Positions 36,315 to 46,345 of a stretch of 52,101 nt of DNA are shown here, one piece after another. The stretch is from a virus (lineage: Duplodnaviria; Caudoviricetes): IMG/VR virus record IMGVR_UViG_3300014933_000056, positions 1-52,101 of that record; one strand, written 5' to 3'. The notes under the pieces were generated by a model that was not told the DNA's origin, searched no databases, and saw only the letters and a list, made by a program, of their open reading frames with translations. Numbering within the stretch: the first letter of the stretch is position 1; each line of letters opens with the position of its first letter. Made by a program: the position numbers and the translations under genes.

Positions 36315-37115
36315 TTAAGTTCCTACGCCAGTTGTATTGTTGTTATTTTGAATTAAAACACCACCAATATTGATACTTACAACAGCCGCGGTTGCCGCGC
36401 TACTTGCAACTTGGAATCTTAGATCTGTTCCTGCAACATACGGAAATGGAAAATGTCTTTGCACTTCATATGTAGTGTTGTAAGGGGTTTGAACAATAAC
36501 TCTTTGCACACCACTTGAAGAATTTGTTAATGCTCTATATGTCGTGTAGTTGGCAGTATTACCATTAAATGATGAATATGCACCATATCTATAGCCATAA
36601 AAAGTATTGCCACTAGGCACAGTGTAAACACCCATTTGGGATGTACCAATGCTTGTAGTTACACCATTTACAACTTGTGTGTTGATTTGTGCGTAAGTTA
36701 CTCCACCAGTAGCAAGCGTAATAACACCACTGGGGTTAGTTGCTGAACCTACTGATACCGCAATGTTATTAATACGGAAATAAGAATTAACTGTTGTTAC
36801 GCCTGTAGTTCCGTTCAAAACCAAATTTTCAATGAGAAGGTTATAACTTGCGTCTAATCCAGTAATCGTAATAGTAGCGGTATCTGTGTTTACCGTACTT
36901 ACTAAAGTCATAGTAGTAGCAGATGTAGGGAACACATAGTCGGTTGTCGCCATGTTTTCCCAAACTGTTCTAAATGTTCCTGCTGTTGCAGGCGTAGTTC
37001 CGTAAGCAAATATATTCGCAGTACTGTGACCTAAAATTTGATTACGAGAAACTTGTAATTCAAATGGCTCATATGCACCGCCACGGGTAACTGATGAAAC
37101 AATTCCATTACTCAT
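36315..37115 (-). CDS. putative virion structural protein
   Basis: T/V/S-rich beta sequence; I.GLDA.Y...E...LNGT..V.T...Y.RIN. Confidence 0.65.
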   Translation of the reverse strand: MSNGIVSSVTRGGAYEPFELQVSRNQILGHSTANIFAYGTTPATAGTFRTVWENMATTDYVFPTSATTMTLVSTVNTDTATITITGLDASYNLLIENLVLNGTTGVTTVNSYFRINNIAVSVGSATNPSGVITLATGGVTYAQINTQVVNGVTTSIGTSQMGVYTVPSGNTFYGYRYGAYSSFNGNTANYTTYRALTNSSSGVQRVIVQTPYNTTYEVQRHFPFPYVAGTDLRFQVASSAATAAVVSINIGGVLIQNNNNTTGVGT

Positions 37116-37126
37116 AATTTGTCCTT

Positions 37127-37155
37127 TAAAAGTAGGGGAGCCGAAGCCCCCCTGA
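37127..37155 (-). terminator. intrinsic terminator
   Basis: Minus strand AGGGGGC-TTCG-GCTCCCCT followed by ACTTTT. Confidence 0.7.
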
Positions 37156-37156
37156 C

Positions 37157-38401
37157 TTATTTTACTTTGCCACCACGCTTAAAGGTGCCTGATTGCAAGC
37201 TGTTTGCCACAGGACGGCTGACGAAGTGCTTAGGCATTTTTACTGCCTTGCCATCGTCAACTACGTTACCCCCTGTGGCGTAGGCTTTTTTTGAGGCATG
37301 ACCTCCATGCTTGTAACCACCAGCATTTGCCTCTTTAACTTCGCCAGTCTTGCGATTTCTTACACCCGCAGTAGATGTATCAGCAGGACGATTTTCCCAA
37401 TCACCACCTTCAACAGCATCATGCTTGAAGTGACCTTCATGCTTGTTTTTCTCTGTTGCAGAAGGAATTGCACCACCTACAGCTTTGTGATGCATTTTGT
37501 GATGAGCTTTGCCGCCATGCTTATAACCACCTGCATTAGTTTCATGAATACCGCCAGTGCCATGTGCTTTATCTTTCTTAGCAGTGTGCATTTCGGTATT
37601 AACGAAATCATGCTCATTGCCTTCTATCGCATCACGAACAAATTTGCCTTTGTTCTTAATTTCATGCGTATCGGCAGGAATAGCACCACCAACTGCTTTG
37701 TGGTGTTTCTTGTGAGCGTGACCACCATGCTTATAACCCGAAGGTTTACCTTCTTTGATATCACCAGTGCCATGATGTTTGTCATGATGTTCGCCATCAT
37801 GCATCTTGGTTTTTGCAAATTTCTTTGCGCCTTTTTCAATGGTGGTTTTGGTTTCAGCCTTATCAATTGCGCCACCTGATGCTTTGTGATGCGCTTTAGA
37901 TGCGGGCATATGCTCGTGATGATGTAACTCTTTTTCAAGCTTCTTAATCAAAGCGTGATCAGCAGAGCCACCTTTTTTCATGCCTGTCAAAGCTTTACGC
38001 ACTTGCATAGCACGAGCGTTACGAGCTGCATCATCCATTTGAGTCAGATCAGCACGACCCATGGCTTGCATAGGAGCCGCAGCAGTAGCACCAGAAGGCA
38101 TAACAGCAGGATTAGCCATACCGCCGCCAAGCTGCTTGTGAACGATCTTGCCACCCTTCTTGTATTGGTTAGGGTTCATCGCCTTAACACGGGACATGAT
38201 CGATGGCTTCTTAGGTGCCTTGCCAGCTTCGGACTCGAACGCATGATGCATACCACTATGAGCGTGATGACTCATAGATTTGTGACCATGTTCTTCGTGC
38301 TCTTTGTGATGCTTGTGGTGTACTTTGCCGCCCTTTTTAAGCTTTAGGATGACTGATGGCTCGTCAGTCATCATTTTGACCATTGGTTTGAATTGACCCA
38401 T
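37157..38401 (-). CDS. His/Lys-rich repeat protein with 12 xxxGG motifs
   Basis: Repeating KA.GGAI...YKHGG.A.KKHH units. Confidence 0.8.
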   Translation of the reverse strand: MGQFKPMVKMMTDEPSVILKLKKGGKVHHKHHKEHEEHGHKSMSHHAHSGMHHAFESEAGKAPKKPSIMSRVKAMNPNQYKKGGKIVHKQLGGGMANPAVMPSGATAAAPMQAMGRADLTQMDDAARNARAMQVRKALTGMKKGGSADHALIKKLEKELHHHEHMPASKAHHKASGGAIDKAETKTTIEKGAKKFAKTKMHDGEHHDKHHGTGDIKEGKPSGYKHGGHAHKKHHKAVGGAIPADTHEIKNKGKFVRDAIEGNEHDFVNTEMHTAKKDKAHGTGGIHETNAGGYKHGGKAHHKMHHKAVGGAIPSATEKNKHEGHFKHDAVEGGDWENRPADTSTAGVRNRKTGEVKEANAGGYKHGGHASKKAYATGGNVVDDGKAVKMPKHFVSRPVANSLQSGTFKRGGKVK

Positions 38402-38412
38402 GACTGTCTCCT

Positions 38413-39396
38413 TTAGGCTTGGGTTACACCGAGAGCACCAACGCGAGTAGCGTTAGGGCCAACAGCAATACCGGGCAACAAGATTCCCATTACTGTACGG
38501 CAGATACCATCCGAAGCAGTCGTTGGGACATACGTACCACGAACATCGCCAGTAGTTGTAGTAGCAGTAGCTGTGTCAGCAGCCACAAACGTACCTGCAT
38601 CAGTAGCCAATGTGCTATTAGACTTTACGCTTGCAATGTAAGCTACATTAAACACGCGAACTGGGATACCCAAAATATCAGTAGTACCAATTGCAATAGT
38701 TGCGCCCAAAGCACCTGAAATTGTTGCGCCAGAAATCTGGAAGAATGCTTTTTTGCCTTTAACAGTAGTCGATTGCACAGTACCAGTTGCGATAGATTCG
38801 CTCATAGGCTGACCGTAGTAATCGTATCCAGAGATAACGACGTTTCGGTTGGTCAATGTACCAGTGCCAGAGACAATGCTTACTGCGCGAGGTAAATCAA
38901 GCTGAATAACAGTTGTGCCATCTTGACGAACCACCGACTTAGTCGATGTACCGGCAGTCAATGTAATTGATGCAGAAGTTGTCTGTGCGGTAGCAATGTT
39001 GTTTGCAACCAACGCTTGTGGAATGATGTCCCATACGTAGATACGGCCTAGTGGGCCAATACCTAAGTCCATTGGAGATGGATCGTCAAAATTAATATTG
39101 CCATGGAAAGTCAACGCTGTTGTATTAGCGATGTTAATTGCTTGGTTAAGTGTGTAAGTACCTGTACCGCCATTACCTGTACCAAACGCAGTAATGTAGG
39201 TGCCGTCGGTAACGCTTGTGCCATCAACGTACATACCTACAACAATTGGTGCTCCTTGATTCAAAGCGGTAACTGTTAGGGTTGTTGACGAAACACTGCC
39301 TGTACCACCAGTAGCGGTAGCAGTATATGGGCGAATACCAGTGCCCATGTAGGTTTGTGCTGGGCCTAAAAATAGGTCATCGGAAAACTGAGGCAT
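38413..39396 (-). CDS. putative capsid-associated structural protein
   Basis: Follows the capsid gene; DLPRAVSI, SGYDYYGQPMSE, TTGDVRGTY. Confidence 0.65.
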   Translation of the reverse strand: MPQFSDDLFLGPAQTYMGTGIRPYTATATGGTGSVSSTTLTVTALNQGAPIVVGMYVDGTSVTDGTYITAFGTGNGGTGTYTLNQAINIANTTALTFHGNINFDDPSPMDLGIGPLGRIYVWDIIPQALVANNIATAQTTSASITLTAGTSTKSVVRQDGTTVIQLDLPRAVSIVSGTGTLTNRNVVISGYDYYGQPMSESIATGTVQSTTVKGKKAFFQISGATISGALGATIAIGTTDILGIPVRVFNVAYIASVKSNSTLATDAGTFVAADTATATTTTGDVRGTYVPTTASDGICRTVMGILLPGIAVGPNATRVGALGVTQA

Positions 39397-39397
39397 A

Positions 39398-39877
39398 TTA
39401 GTGAACTCCTTCTTGAAAAGTCTGTTCGGTTAAAAAATTATTACTCTTGCGGCTATTTTCCAAAGCAGTAATTACTTGTAAGTTATTTGGCACATGAAAT
39501 CCTGAAACATTTTTTCCATGTAAAGGAATTATGTGATCAACATTCCATTTAAACCCAAACATCTTACTTCTCAATTCAGCCAAATCATATGCTTGAGAAA
39601 TCATCCAAAGATCATCTTCAGTTACCCATTTTGGGGTTCTTTTTCTAATCGTTGTATAACGACGCATTGCATAAAATGAAGCTTTTGCTTTGTTTTTAGA
39701 AAACCACTCTTTATTGTATTCAGAATGTTTTTCTTTATTTTTCAATCTATATTTAGCATTTGAAAGTTTCTTTTTATCAATGTTTGCATTTGTCCATTCA
39801 GACAAATAATGTTTATTACACAGACCTTTTGATCTGTGCACATTATTGCAACCATCAATAGAACAAACTTTTTTCAT
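39398..39877 (-). CDS. HNH homing endonuclease
   Basis: CSIDGC...GLC.KHY; TPKW; VDHIIPL.G..VSG.HVP.NLQVI...N..K.N; AT-rich. Confidence 0.9.
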   Translation of the reverse strand: MKKVCSIDGCNNVHRSKGLCNKHYLSEWTNANIDKKKLSNAKYRLKNKEKHSEYNKEWFSKNKAKASFYAMRRYTTIRKRTPKWVTEDDLWMISQAYDLAELRSKMFGFKWNVDHIIPLHGKNVSGFHVPNNLQVITALENSRKSNNFLTEQTFQEGVH

Positions 39878-39890
39878 GTTTATAAATTTT

Positions 39891-39918
39891 AAAAAGGGTC
39901 GGCTTTTACACCGACCCC
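39891..39918 (-). terminator. intrinsic terminator after the capsid gene
   Basis: Minus strand GGGTCGGT-GTAAA-AGCCGACCC followed by TTTT. Confidence 0.75.
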
Positions 39919-39925
39919 TATCTTC

Positions 39926-40840
39926 TTACAGACCCGGCGTACCGTAAGCGCAACGTGGGTCAGTGAAGCCCACTGCATAACGCTCTGTAGCCTTGTAACG
40001 CATTGTGTCAGTCTCGAAGTCACCTTCCATGGTCTTCTCCAGACGACGACGCATCAGAAGCTTAAAGCCTTCTGGAGCATCAGTCTGAACCCACCATGCT
40101 GTCGATGAAGTCAAGCGTGACAATACTGCAGCGCCTTCGTCCAACAAGCCAATCGATTTGATTGGGTTGATGTCGTTGTTGGCGTTGCCAGTACGCAACA
40201 CTGATTTCAACAGAACTTCAGCTTGGAAAATGTTGCCCGGAGCCACGATCAATTGACGTGGAACCAAACGGATTTTCTTACCGTTGTTGTCAACAGCTTG
40301 ACGGATCTGAATCAACATCTGCTCAAGCGATGTCTGCGACAGAACGGCTGCTGTAGCCAACTGATTGCTGAAAGTACCATTGACGATTGGGTGTGCTGTA
40401 TTGATCAGCGACACGCCATCACCACCGGGATACGAGCTGTTGAAAGCGGTATTCAGTGTGTTTGCGCACAACAGTTCTTTGGTTTCCACCAGAGATTGTG
40501 CCAAGTGACGAGCGTATACCTGACCGATACGGATGTGGTCGCCGTCTTCAACGAGAACCTTGGTCAAAGCGAAGGCCAAGCCATACACTTTGTAGAGGTA
40601 ACGCTGGAGGAACAACACGCCGCCCTGTTGATACGTCACTGGAGTGCCGTCAGGGAGTTGTGGTGCCGCGCCAAAGCCGTACAGAACTGGCTCTTCGTGA
40701 TAGTTACGAGGAATACCATCTTCCTCACGGAAAACACGCGACCATTCGTCAGCGCGTTGATCATAAACACCGTCGAAACATTCGTTGAGAATTGGCTCAA
40801 CTATCGAACGGAAATCGGTACTACGCATTGGGGCTGCCAT
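39926..40840 (-). CDS. major capsid protein
   Basis: YGLAFALT...ED, LA.S..ETKE...AN.LN.AF, GDGVSL....HP, GDFET..MRYKA.ERY..G..DPR; biased codon usage; followed by a terminator. Confidence 0.85.
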   Translation of the reverse strand: MAAPMRSTDFRSIVEPILNECFDGVYDQRADEWSRVFREEDGIPRNYHEEPVLYGFGAAPQLPDGTPVTYQQGGVLFLQRYLYKVYGLAFALTKVLVEDGDHIRIGQVYARHLAQSLVETKELLCANTLNTAFNSSYPGGDGVSLINTAHPIVNGTFSNQLATAAVLSQTSLEQMLIQIRQAVDNNGKKIRLVPRQLIVAPGNIFQAEVLLKSVLRTGNANNDINPIKSIGLLDEGAAVLSRLTSSTAWWVQTDAPEGFKLLMRRRLEKTMEGDFETDTMRYKATERYAVGFTDPRCAYGTPGL

Positions 40841-40851
40841 GATTTAGCTCC

Positions 40852-41451
40852 TTATGCTATTGCAGTAACAGAACCGAAGAACTGTGACTGAGCGTTAACG
40901 ACACGAACAACAGTGTAGGAATCACCCCACGCATTGTCCACATATGGTGCTAAATCAACGACACGCATTTGACCTTGGACACCGTTACCAGCAGCAGTAG
41001 CAGAGCCAAGAGTGGCTTGCGACAGACCAGTAGTAGTAGAACCAGAAGTCACGTTAGTGAAGTTGTATTCGTTGCCGAGCGTAGTCTGAGCCATCGAACC
41101 GTCAGCTTGGATTTCATAAACGATGTTTTGATCGTTGTAGAAGTAAGCTACGCATGAACCGGTTGTGTAAGCGGTTTGTGCAGGCCAGTAGTTAGAAATA
41201 CGACGACGACCAGTTGTATCAGTCCACTCGACACCAGCGAAAGCGCCAGACCACGCAACTGCGGCGCCTGATGCTGGGTTGGTTGTCAGAGGGATGATTA
41301 CGCCTGCCGAAGCTGAATAAGCAACTGGCTGACCCTTCAAAATATTGTTGGTGTAGCCAGAAGTAATGCCGTTTGCCAACGCCTGAGCGCGATCCAGACC
41401 AGAAGGGTGGAACGCAGGACGCAAGCCAAACGGAGCTGATGTGCTAGACAT
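40852..41451 (-). CDS. capsid-associated protein
   Basis: APFGLRP...G.F.GVE.TD..G...YEIQ.DG; directly upstream of the capsid gene. Confidence 0.65.
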   Translation of the reverse strand: MSSTSAPFGLRPAFHPSGLDRAQALANGITSGYTNNILKGQPVAYSASAGVIIPLTTNPASGAAVAWSGAFAGVEWTDTTGRRRISNYWPAQTAYTTGSCVAYFYNDQNIVYEIQADGSMAQTTLGNEYNFTNVTSGSTTTGLSQATLGSATAAGNGVQGQMRVVDLAPYVDNAWGDSYTVVRVVNAQSQFFGSVTAIA

Positions 41452-41468
41452 ATCTTTCTCCTAAATGT

Positions 41469-42014
41469 TTAGCCCGAAAATACGGGCATTTTGCTTGGTT
41501 GGTTATCAAAATCGCCCATGCCTTCACCTTCAACTTGTACAAGCCTACGACCATTACTGTCACGAGCACCCTGAAGGTTTTCCATTTGGACACGAATCTT
41601 GTCTGCTTCCTCACGAGGTTTGTCGTGGTGAAACGTCGTCATGACCTCTTGGAAAATTTCCATTGGTAACTTGAACAGCAACATCTCGTTACAGCTAATG
41701 TACCCAATATGTTCTCCAGCCTTGACTCGGTAGTCTTCGTAACCGGGCAACTCTTCCGACTTAACGGGTACGTAGCCTAGGCGAATCCTACGATCAATGG
41801 TGTCGTAAGTATTGGTTGTTGAAAGCCAGCAAAGATGCCACCCTTCCATCTCGGGTAACTTAGGCAATGCTGATTGCGTCCACTCCTCGCTCCACATACG
41901 ATTACGTTCCTGCGTAGAAATGAACTTTTCATCTGCTGCTTTACGACCCGCCTCCCCGTTAGCACGGTCTTGACGTCCATTAGCATTCAGTGATTTTTTG
42001 AGACGTGATTCCAT
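41469..42014 (-). CDS. conserved head-module hypothetical protein
   Basis: LP..P...GWH.CW...R...GY.PV; lies between scaffold and capsid genes. Confidence 0.65.
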   Translation of the reverse strand: MESRLKKSLNANGRQDRANGEAGRKAADEKFISTQERNRMWSEEWTQSALPKLPEMEGWHLCWLSTTNTYDTIDRRIRLGYVPVKSEELPGYEDYRVKAGEHIGYISCNEMLLFKLPMEIFQEVMTTFHHDKPREEADKIRVQMENLQGARDSNGRRLVQVEGEGMGDFDNQPSKMPVFSG

Positions 42015-42031
42015 AATGTTTTCCCCTTGGA

Positions 42032-43015
42032 TTAGTTGTTACGGTTGGAGCGATCATAAGCAATGAATTGCTTAATCATCTTTGCCTTACGCTCTGGATT
42101 GTCCCAAGCACCAGCTTCTTTCATAGCTTTCACCCTATCAGGTGATAGTACGAATTGAGAGCGGTTAGACCCTCCGTAAGCTGCTGATGCTTCTCGTCCT
42201 GAGCTACCCACAACATTCCTTGGTCGTCTGACATTTCGGGAATCTTCGTCATTGCCACTATTGTACCTATGAGGTAATTCTTTTTGCAAACGGCTATCTA
42301 ATTCGTCCCAATAGTCTGGATCTGTTGGATCCCAACCTTGAGCTGCCATTAGCTCGTCCATCTTCTTAGCCACCCGTGTATCAGTGTCATTGCCACCGGG
42401 GTTGTACCAAGAATTACGACGCATCCACTCTTGAGCATTACGCTTAACAGTAGGATCTTGCTCATCAGCCGGTTGAGTCTTTAATTCCTGATCAGCATGA
42501 TGGCGCATGTTGGCAAGCTTACGAATTTCGTCGTTTGCCTGATGCATTAACTCTTGTGCTTCGACCATTCCTTGACCGTCTTGGTTTTGGGTGGCCTCCG
42601 CAATCTTCATTTTTGCGTATTCAAGCTTGGTTTGCGCGTCTTCAATGTGCTTGTCGATGCGGATTAAGCCTTCCGTCTTGGTGCTACGCTCCAACTGCTC
42701 CAGACGGCGCTTAAACGCCTCATTTTCACGCTGTAATTGCGTCAATCGAGCGTCTTTTTCCTGATTTGTCTTGCGGATCAGGTCTTTTTTAGCCCGACGA
42801 CGGTTACGTTTTGCATCTCGTAGCTCTGCATCGTCATCTGGGTGGTCATCATCAGATGGATCATTGACTGAGCCACCCTCTTTAGCCAACTCAAAGCCGT
42901 TTTGCTCGTCAGAATCTTCTGGAGCAAGCATTTTTGAGTCAACTTCAACCACTGCAGAGCCATCATCTGACTCTATCGCATCTAGTTGTAATTCTTTTTG
43001 GTCTATATCAGCCAT
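42032..43015 (-). CDS. putative scaffolding protein
   Basis: Acidic N-terminus, long coiled coil, W..RN.W, Y.DELD.RL; position between portal and capsid. Confidence 0.65.
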   Translation of the reverse strand: MADIDQKELQLDAIESDDGSAVVEVDSKMLAPEDSDEQNGFELAKEGGSVNDPSDDDHPDDDAELRDAKRNRRRAKKDLIRKTNQEKDARLTQLQRENEAFKRRLEQLERSTKTEGLIRIDKHIEDAQTKLEYAKMKIAEATQNQDGQGMVEAQELMHQANDEIRKLANMRHHADQELKTQPADEQDPTVKRNAQEWMRRNSWYNPGGNDTDTRVAKKMDELMAAQGWDPTDPDYWDELDSRLQKELPHRYNSGNDEDSRNVRRPRNVVGSSGREASAAYGGSNRSQFVLSPDRVKAMKEAGAWDNPERKAKMIKQFIAYDRSNRNN

Positions 43016-43024
43016 ACAACCTCC

Positions 43025-43486
43025 TTAAACGTAGGCTTTGAACGATAACGGGTCATCTGTAATCGCCGAAATCAGTTCATGGTCGTTAATCGTCATGAAT
43101 AAAACGGGTTCTTGTACATCGAGATCTTTTTCTGATGGAACATTACGCTCCCAACGATCTCCACCCCACCTAGGTACACGAACAAAATCACCAATCTCAG
43201 CCCACGAGCCTTCAGGCCATGGCTGCATAGTGTCTCGGTTCCTAAACGCAAGCGGCCCAATAGCCACGACCTTGCCGATCATGTTGTTCCACTTCTCGTT
43301 TTCCTTGGTTTCATCCACGATGATGATACGGCCTGCAGTCTTCTTGATACGACGCAGTTGTATTGTCACGCGACCGCCGAAAGGACGTTGTCCCGGCTTT
43401 ACTTCAGGGAACGCCCAAGCCAACTCTTCTGGATTGGACGCGCCCTCTTGTCCCTCGATTGTAGGGATTGGTTGCTGCTCACTCAT
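43025..43486 (-). CDS. GroES-like co-chaperonin
   Basis: P.GGRV.I, G.III, GKVVAIGP, GDFV...WGG, IND.E. Confidence 0.8.
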   Translation of the reverse strand: MSEQQPIPTIEGQEGASNPEELAWAFPEVKPGQRPFGGRVTIQLRRIKKTAGRIIIVDETKENEKWNNMIGKVVAIGPLAFRNRDTMQPWPEGSWAEIGDFVRVPRWGGDRWERNVPSEKDLDVQEPVLFMTINDHELISAITDDPLSFKAYV

Positions 43487-43498
43487 ACTTTTCCTCTC

Positions 43499-43538
43499 AC
43501 ACCATATTTCAGGTGCATAAACGTACTTTTCAGTACAT
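43499..43538 (-). promoter_or_regulatory. tandem hairpins sharing CTGAAA upstream of the GroES RBS
   Basis: ATGTAC-TGAAAA-GTACGT and GCACC-TGAAATAT-GGTGT. Confidence 0.4.
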
Positions 43539-43540
43539 GG

Positions 43541-43720
43541 TTAGTCTTGGTTCTTCTCTTCGTCCAACATGTTGTCGATCATATCCATGGCTGTTTGAAG
43601 GCCTTGGAACTCACCGACCATCCGCTGATACGACTCCCAGTTAATCGGCATCCCTGCTGCCAAGGACATTTGAATCTCTGCTTGTCGTATCTTGATGCGG
43701 TGAATCAACTGCTCAATCAT
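43541..43720 (-). CDS. hypothetical protein (59 aa)
   Basis: Hand-translated MIEQLIHRIK...WESYQRMVGEFQGL...; ATGA-coupled. Confidence 0.75.
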   Translation of the reverse strand: MIEQLIHRIKIRQAEIQMSLAAGMPINWESYQRMVGEFQGLQTAMDMIDNMLDEEKNQD

Positions 43721-43887
43721 TTTTGCTTCTTCAGACTTGCTAAACCACCAGATTTCTTACCTGTATTTTTTACAGGTGTTGGTGCTCCTTTGGCTTTCAA
43801 TGATGTGCCGTCAAGCTTGGCGCCCATTGCTAGACGTGCGTGGTAATTCACGTTTTCGCCCATTTGCTCTTTATCAGATGTTCCCAT
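43717..43887 (-). CDS. small basic protein (56 aa)
   Basis: Hand-translated MGTSDKEQMGENVNYHARLAMG...KKSGGLASLKKQK; GGAG RBS. Confidence 0.65.
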   Translation of the reverse strand: MGTSDKEQMGENVNYHARLAMGAKLDGTSLKAKGAPTPVKNTGKKSGGLASLKKQK

Positions 43888-46345
43888 TTGGTGCTCCTTG
43901 AGGTTGTTGAGGCATCATCTCTGGTGCCGGTTGTTGTGCAGGCGCCTGTTCAGGAGGCATCTGCGCTTGAGCATTAACGACATGTTGTATCGTTTGGTGC
44001 GTCAACTTTGCATTCTCAATCTCAACTTTCGTCTGATTGTTGAGCTGAGTTTTCTGTAGATCAGCCATTATCTTGGCTTGTACAGACTGTACGTCAGCCT
44101 GATCTTTCTGAGTCTTACGCTGTGTCTCAGCCATGCTTGTGTCTTTAACGACCTGTGCATCAGGTGGCAATGGTGCAGGCGTGTTTTGCTTCTGCTTCGC
44201 CATATCGATGATCTTCTGAATCGATGGCATGAACTGACCAAACACCTCGCCGGTATCGATCATTACGTGCCCACCAATAGCGGCGTACAGCTTGTCCACC
44301 TCCGGCGTGTACTTAGGATCGTCGTAGTCATCAATAGGCTTGCCCATTGCCTGTTCAACGTAACCATTCGACCGGTTCAGATACCACAGCGTCATATGCT
44401 GCTTAACGTGCTCAATCAGATTGTTCAGGTAGTTAGGATCAGCAAATGGCGACTGACCCAAGTAAGGGTTCATCGCAAACTGCAAGTGATCCTGAATATG
44501 AGCAATGTGATCCTGCTGGATGTAAGCATACGAAGGCTGACCGATCAGCATAGCCGCGTTCTCGTCTGCAGAGGTACGCTGCTCAGGCGACGGAGTATCT
44601 TTCAACACTTCATTGATGTTCGGCACTTTCATCTGCTTCAGTACGCGCTCAAGAACTTTGTTGATTTTGAACTCTTGTGGGTGCTTCTCAGCCAATGACA
44701 GCATTGCTTGGTTCTGAGCCATGCGCTGAGTCTCAGAGAAGATATGCGGATCAGATACAGGAGTTACATCCGTGTTCTTAGCAAAGTCTTCACGGGTGAT
44801 ATCAAGGTCAGTCACCATGTCCGACTTCTGCATATCGTCAAAGTGCCAACGATTCAACCGGCAGAGAATCTTCAACACGCGTTTCTGCGACTCGTGCAGG
44901 CGTGCATGGATCGACGAGTAGACCTGTGCGCCTTGCTCAATTAAAGCCTGCGTGGTGCCCACAGGAGCGTTCGCAGTGACGTCGGCTATCTTCTCCTCAG
45001 CCGTGGTCAATACAGAACGTGTAGCCTTGTCTAGGAAGCCCAGCAGCTCAAACAACACTTGGCTAGGCGGGTTGAATGGCATAGGCATAGCAATCTGCCT
45101 AATGTCCTGCACACCCGGTGCGCCTTCGATCTCCACGATTTGAGTCACATCTACCTGCTGACTCTGACCGCTCATCTTGGCGCCCTTCAACTTCAGCATG
45201 GTCGCCGCATTGTTGATGTGTGCCGAGTCGAGTAGGGCACGTAAGCTACCTGTCAGTGCAGCAGACAAGCCACCGATCAACTGTGGCAGGCCAATAGCGT
45301 ATGCACCGCGCCACGGGATAAACTTAAACTCCACAACCCAATCCAGCTTGGTCATGGTCTTGTCGGACTCTTCCCAATTGCGATACAGGCCAACCACTTC
45401 ATTGTCCAGCTCATCAATCATCAGGATGTAAGGCGCACTCTTGCCCTTGGTCTTCTCATCATCCTCAATCTCAAGCCATGTGTAGATGTGATACACCTTA
45501 CGCAGGCCGTCTTTGTTGTCTTCGTACTGTTTGCCCTCAACCTTGTTGTTGGCCTTCTGAACCTTGTTCTCTTCCAAAGATTCAGTAGCCTTCATGTAGC
45601 TGATATCGCGGTACATGCCTGATTCCATGCGACGTTCAAACTCATACGTCGTGATCTCATGCACCTCAGCCGCACGTTGAGCCGTGTAGAAGTTGGTCGC
45701 AGCAAACGGTAGGATCACCCTATCAATCGGCAGGAACTCTACGCACGGGCGCTTCTTCTCGTCGTCAAACCACAGTTTGAAGTATTGCGATCCCCCCAGC
45801 GGTAACTGAGTCATCAATACTTCCTGCTCGTCGCGGAACTCTTCGATCTGCTCGGTGATCTGCCAGTTCAGGAAGTCAACCTTACGCTCGGCTACCGCAG
45901 CCTTGGCGTCATCCTGCTTACCAATGATCTTTGACTTAACTGGGCCATCAGGCGGGAACATCTCTTTAATCGCACGGGCAGCAAAGTCAACGCAGCCCTC
46001 TGCCATAGCAGGGTGAACTACCTTCGACGCGCCCATGAACGTGGCACCGCCGGGCGCATCATTGCCCATGCCGGTACGCTTGATGCCCTCTTCGTATTGC
46101 TTATCTCTCAGCTCACGAGCTTGCTTGTCGCTCTCTAGCAAATCAAGGTAGCGGAACGTCAAATCAGACAGAACGCTCTCGCTTACGGTGTCGGCTAGGT
46201 TGTCGTAGAACTCAGGATTGAACTCAGGGCCATCTTCCAGCTCAATGATTGCTGAGCCATCTGGCTGCTCTTCCGTACTCATCTCTGGCATATCTACTAT
46301 GGCAGAGCCGTCTTCTAGCTCGTCAATGTTAATGTCATCCATCAT
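43874..46345 (-). CDS. portal protein
   Basis: 823 aa, downstream of terminase; FPPDGPV, LPL.GS...K, APVGTT.AL.EQG; Q/P-rich tail. Confidence 0.85.
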   Translation of the reverse strand: MMDDINIDELEDGSAIVDMPEMSTEEQPDGSAIIELEDGPEFNPEFYDNLADTVSESVLSDLTFRYLDLLESDKQARELRDKQYEEGIKRTGMGNDAPGGATFMGASKVVHPAMAEGCVDFAARAIKEMFPPDGPVKSKIIGKQDDAKAAVAERKVDFLNWQITEQIEEFRDEQEVLMTQLPLGGSQYFKLWFDDEKKRPCVEFLPIDRVILPFAATNFYTAQRAAEVHEITTYEFERRMESGMYRDISYMKATESLEENKVQKANNKVEGKQYEDNKDGLRKVYHIYTWLEIEDDEKTKGKSAPYILMIDELDNEVVGLYRNWEESDKTMTKLDWVVEFKFIPWRGAYAIGLPQLIGGLSAALTGSLRALLDSAHINNAATMLKLKGAKMSGQSQQVDVTQIVEIEGAPGVQDIRQIAMPMPFNPPSQVLFELLGFLDKATRSVLTTAEEKIADVTANAPVGTTQALIEQGAQVYSSIHARLHESQKRVLKILCRLNRWHFDDMQKSDMVTDLDITREDFAKNTDVTPVSDPHIFSETQRMAQNQAMLSLAEKHPQEFKINKVLERVLKQMKVPNINEVLKDTPSPEQRTSADENAAMLIGQPSYAYIQQDHIAHIQDHLQFAMNPYLGQSPFADPNYLNNLIEHVKQHMTLWYLNRSNGYVEQAMGKPIDDYDDPKYTPEVDKLYAAIGGHVMIDTGEVFGQFMPSIQKIIDMAKQKQNTPAPLPPDAQVVKDTSMAETQRKTQKDQADVQSVQAKIMADLQKTQLNNQTKVEIENAKLTHQTIQHVVNAQAQMPPEQAPAQQPAPEMMPQQPQGAPNGNI

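Noticed and set aside
40223-40891. 222-aa plus-strand ORF opposite the capsid gene (also 44078..44698, 37298..37879, 4256..4747)
   Set aside because: Antisense shadows of strongly biased genes; no motifs or RBS, unlike the intein-overlapping ORF
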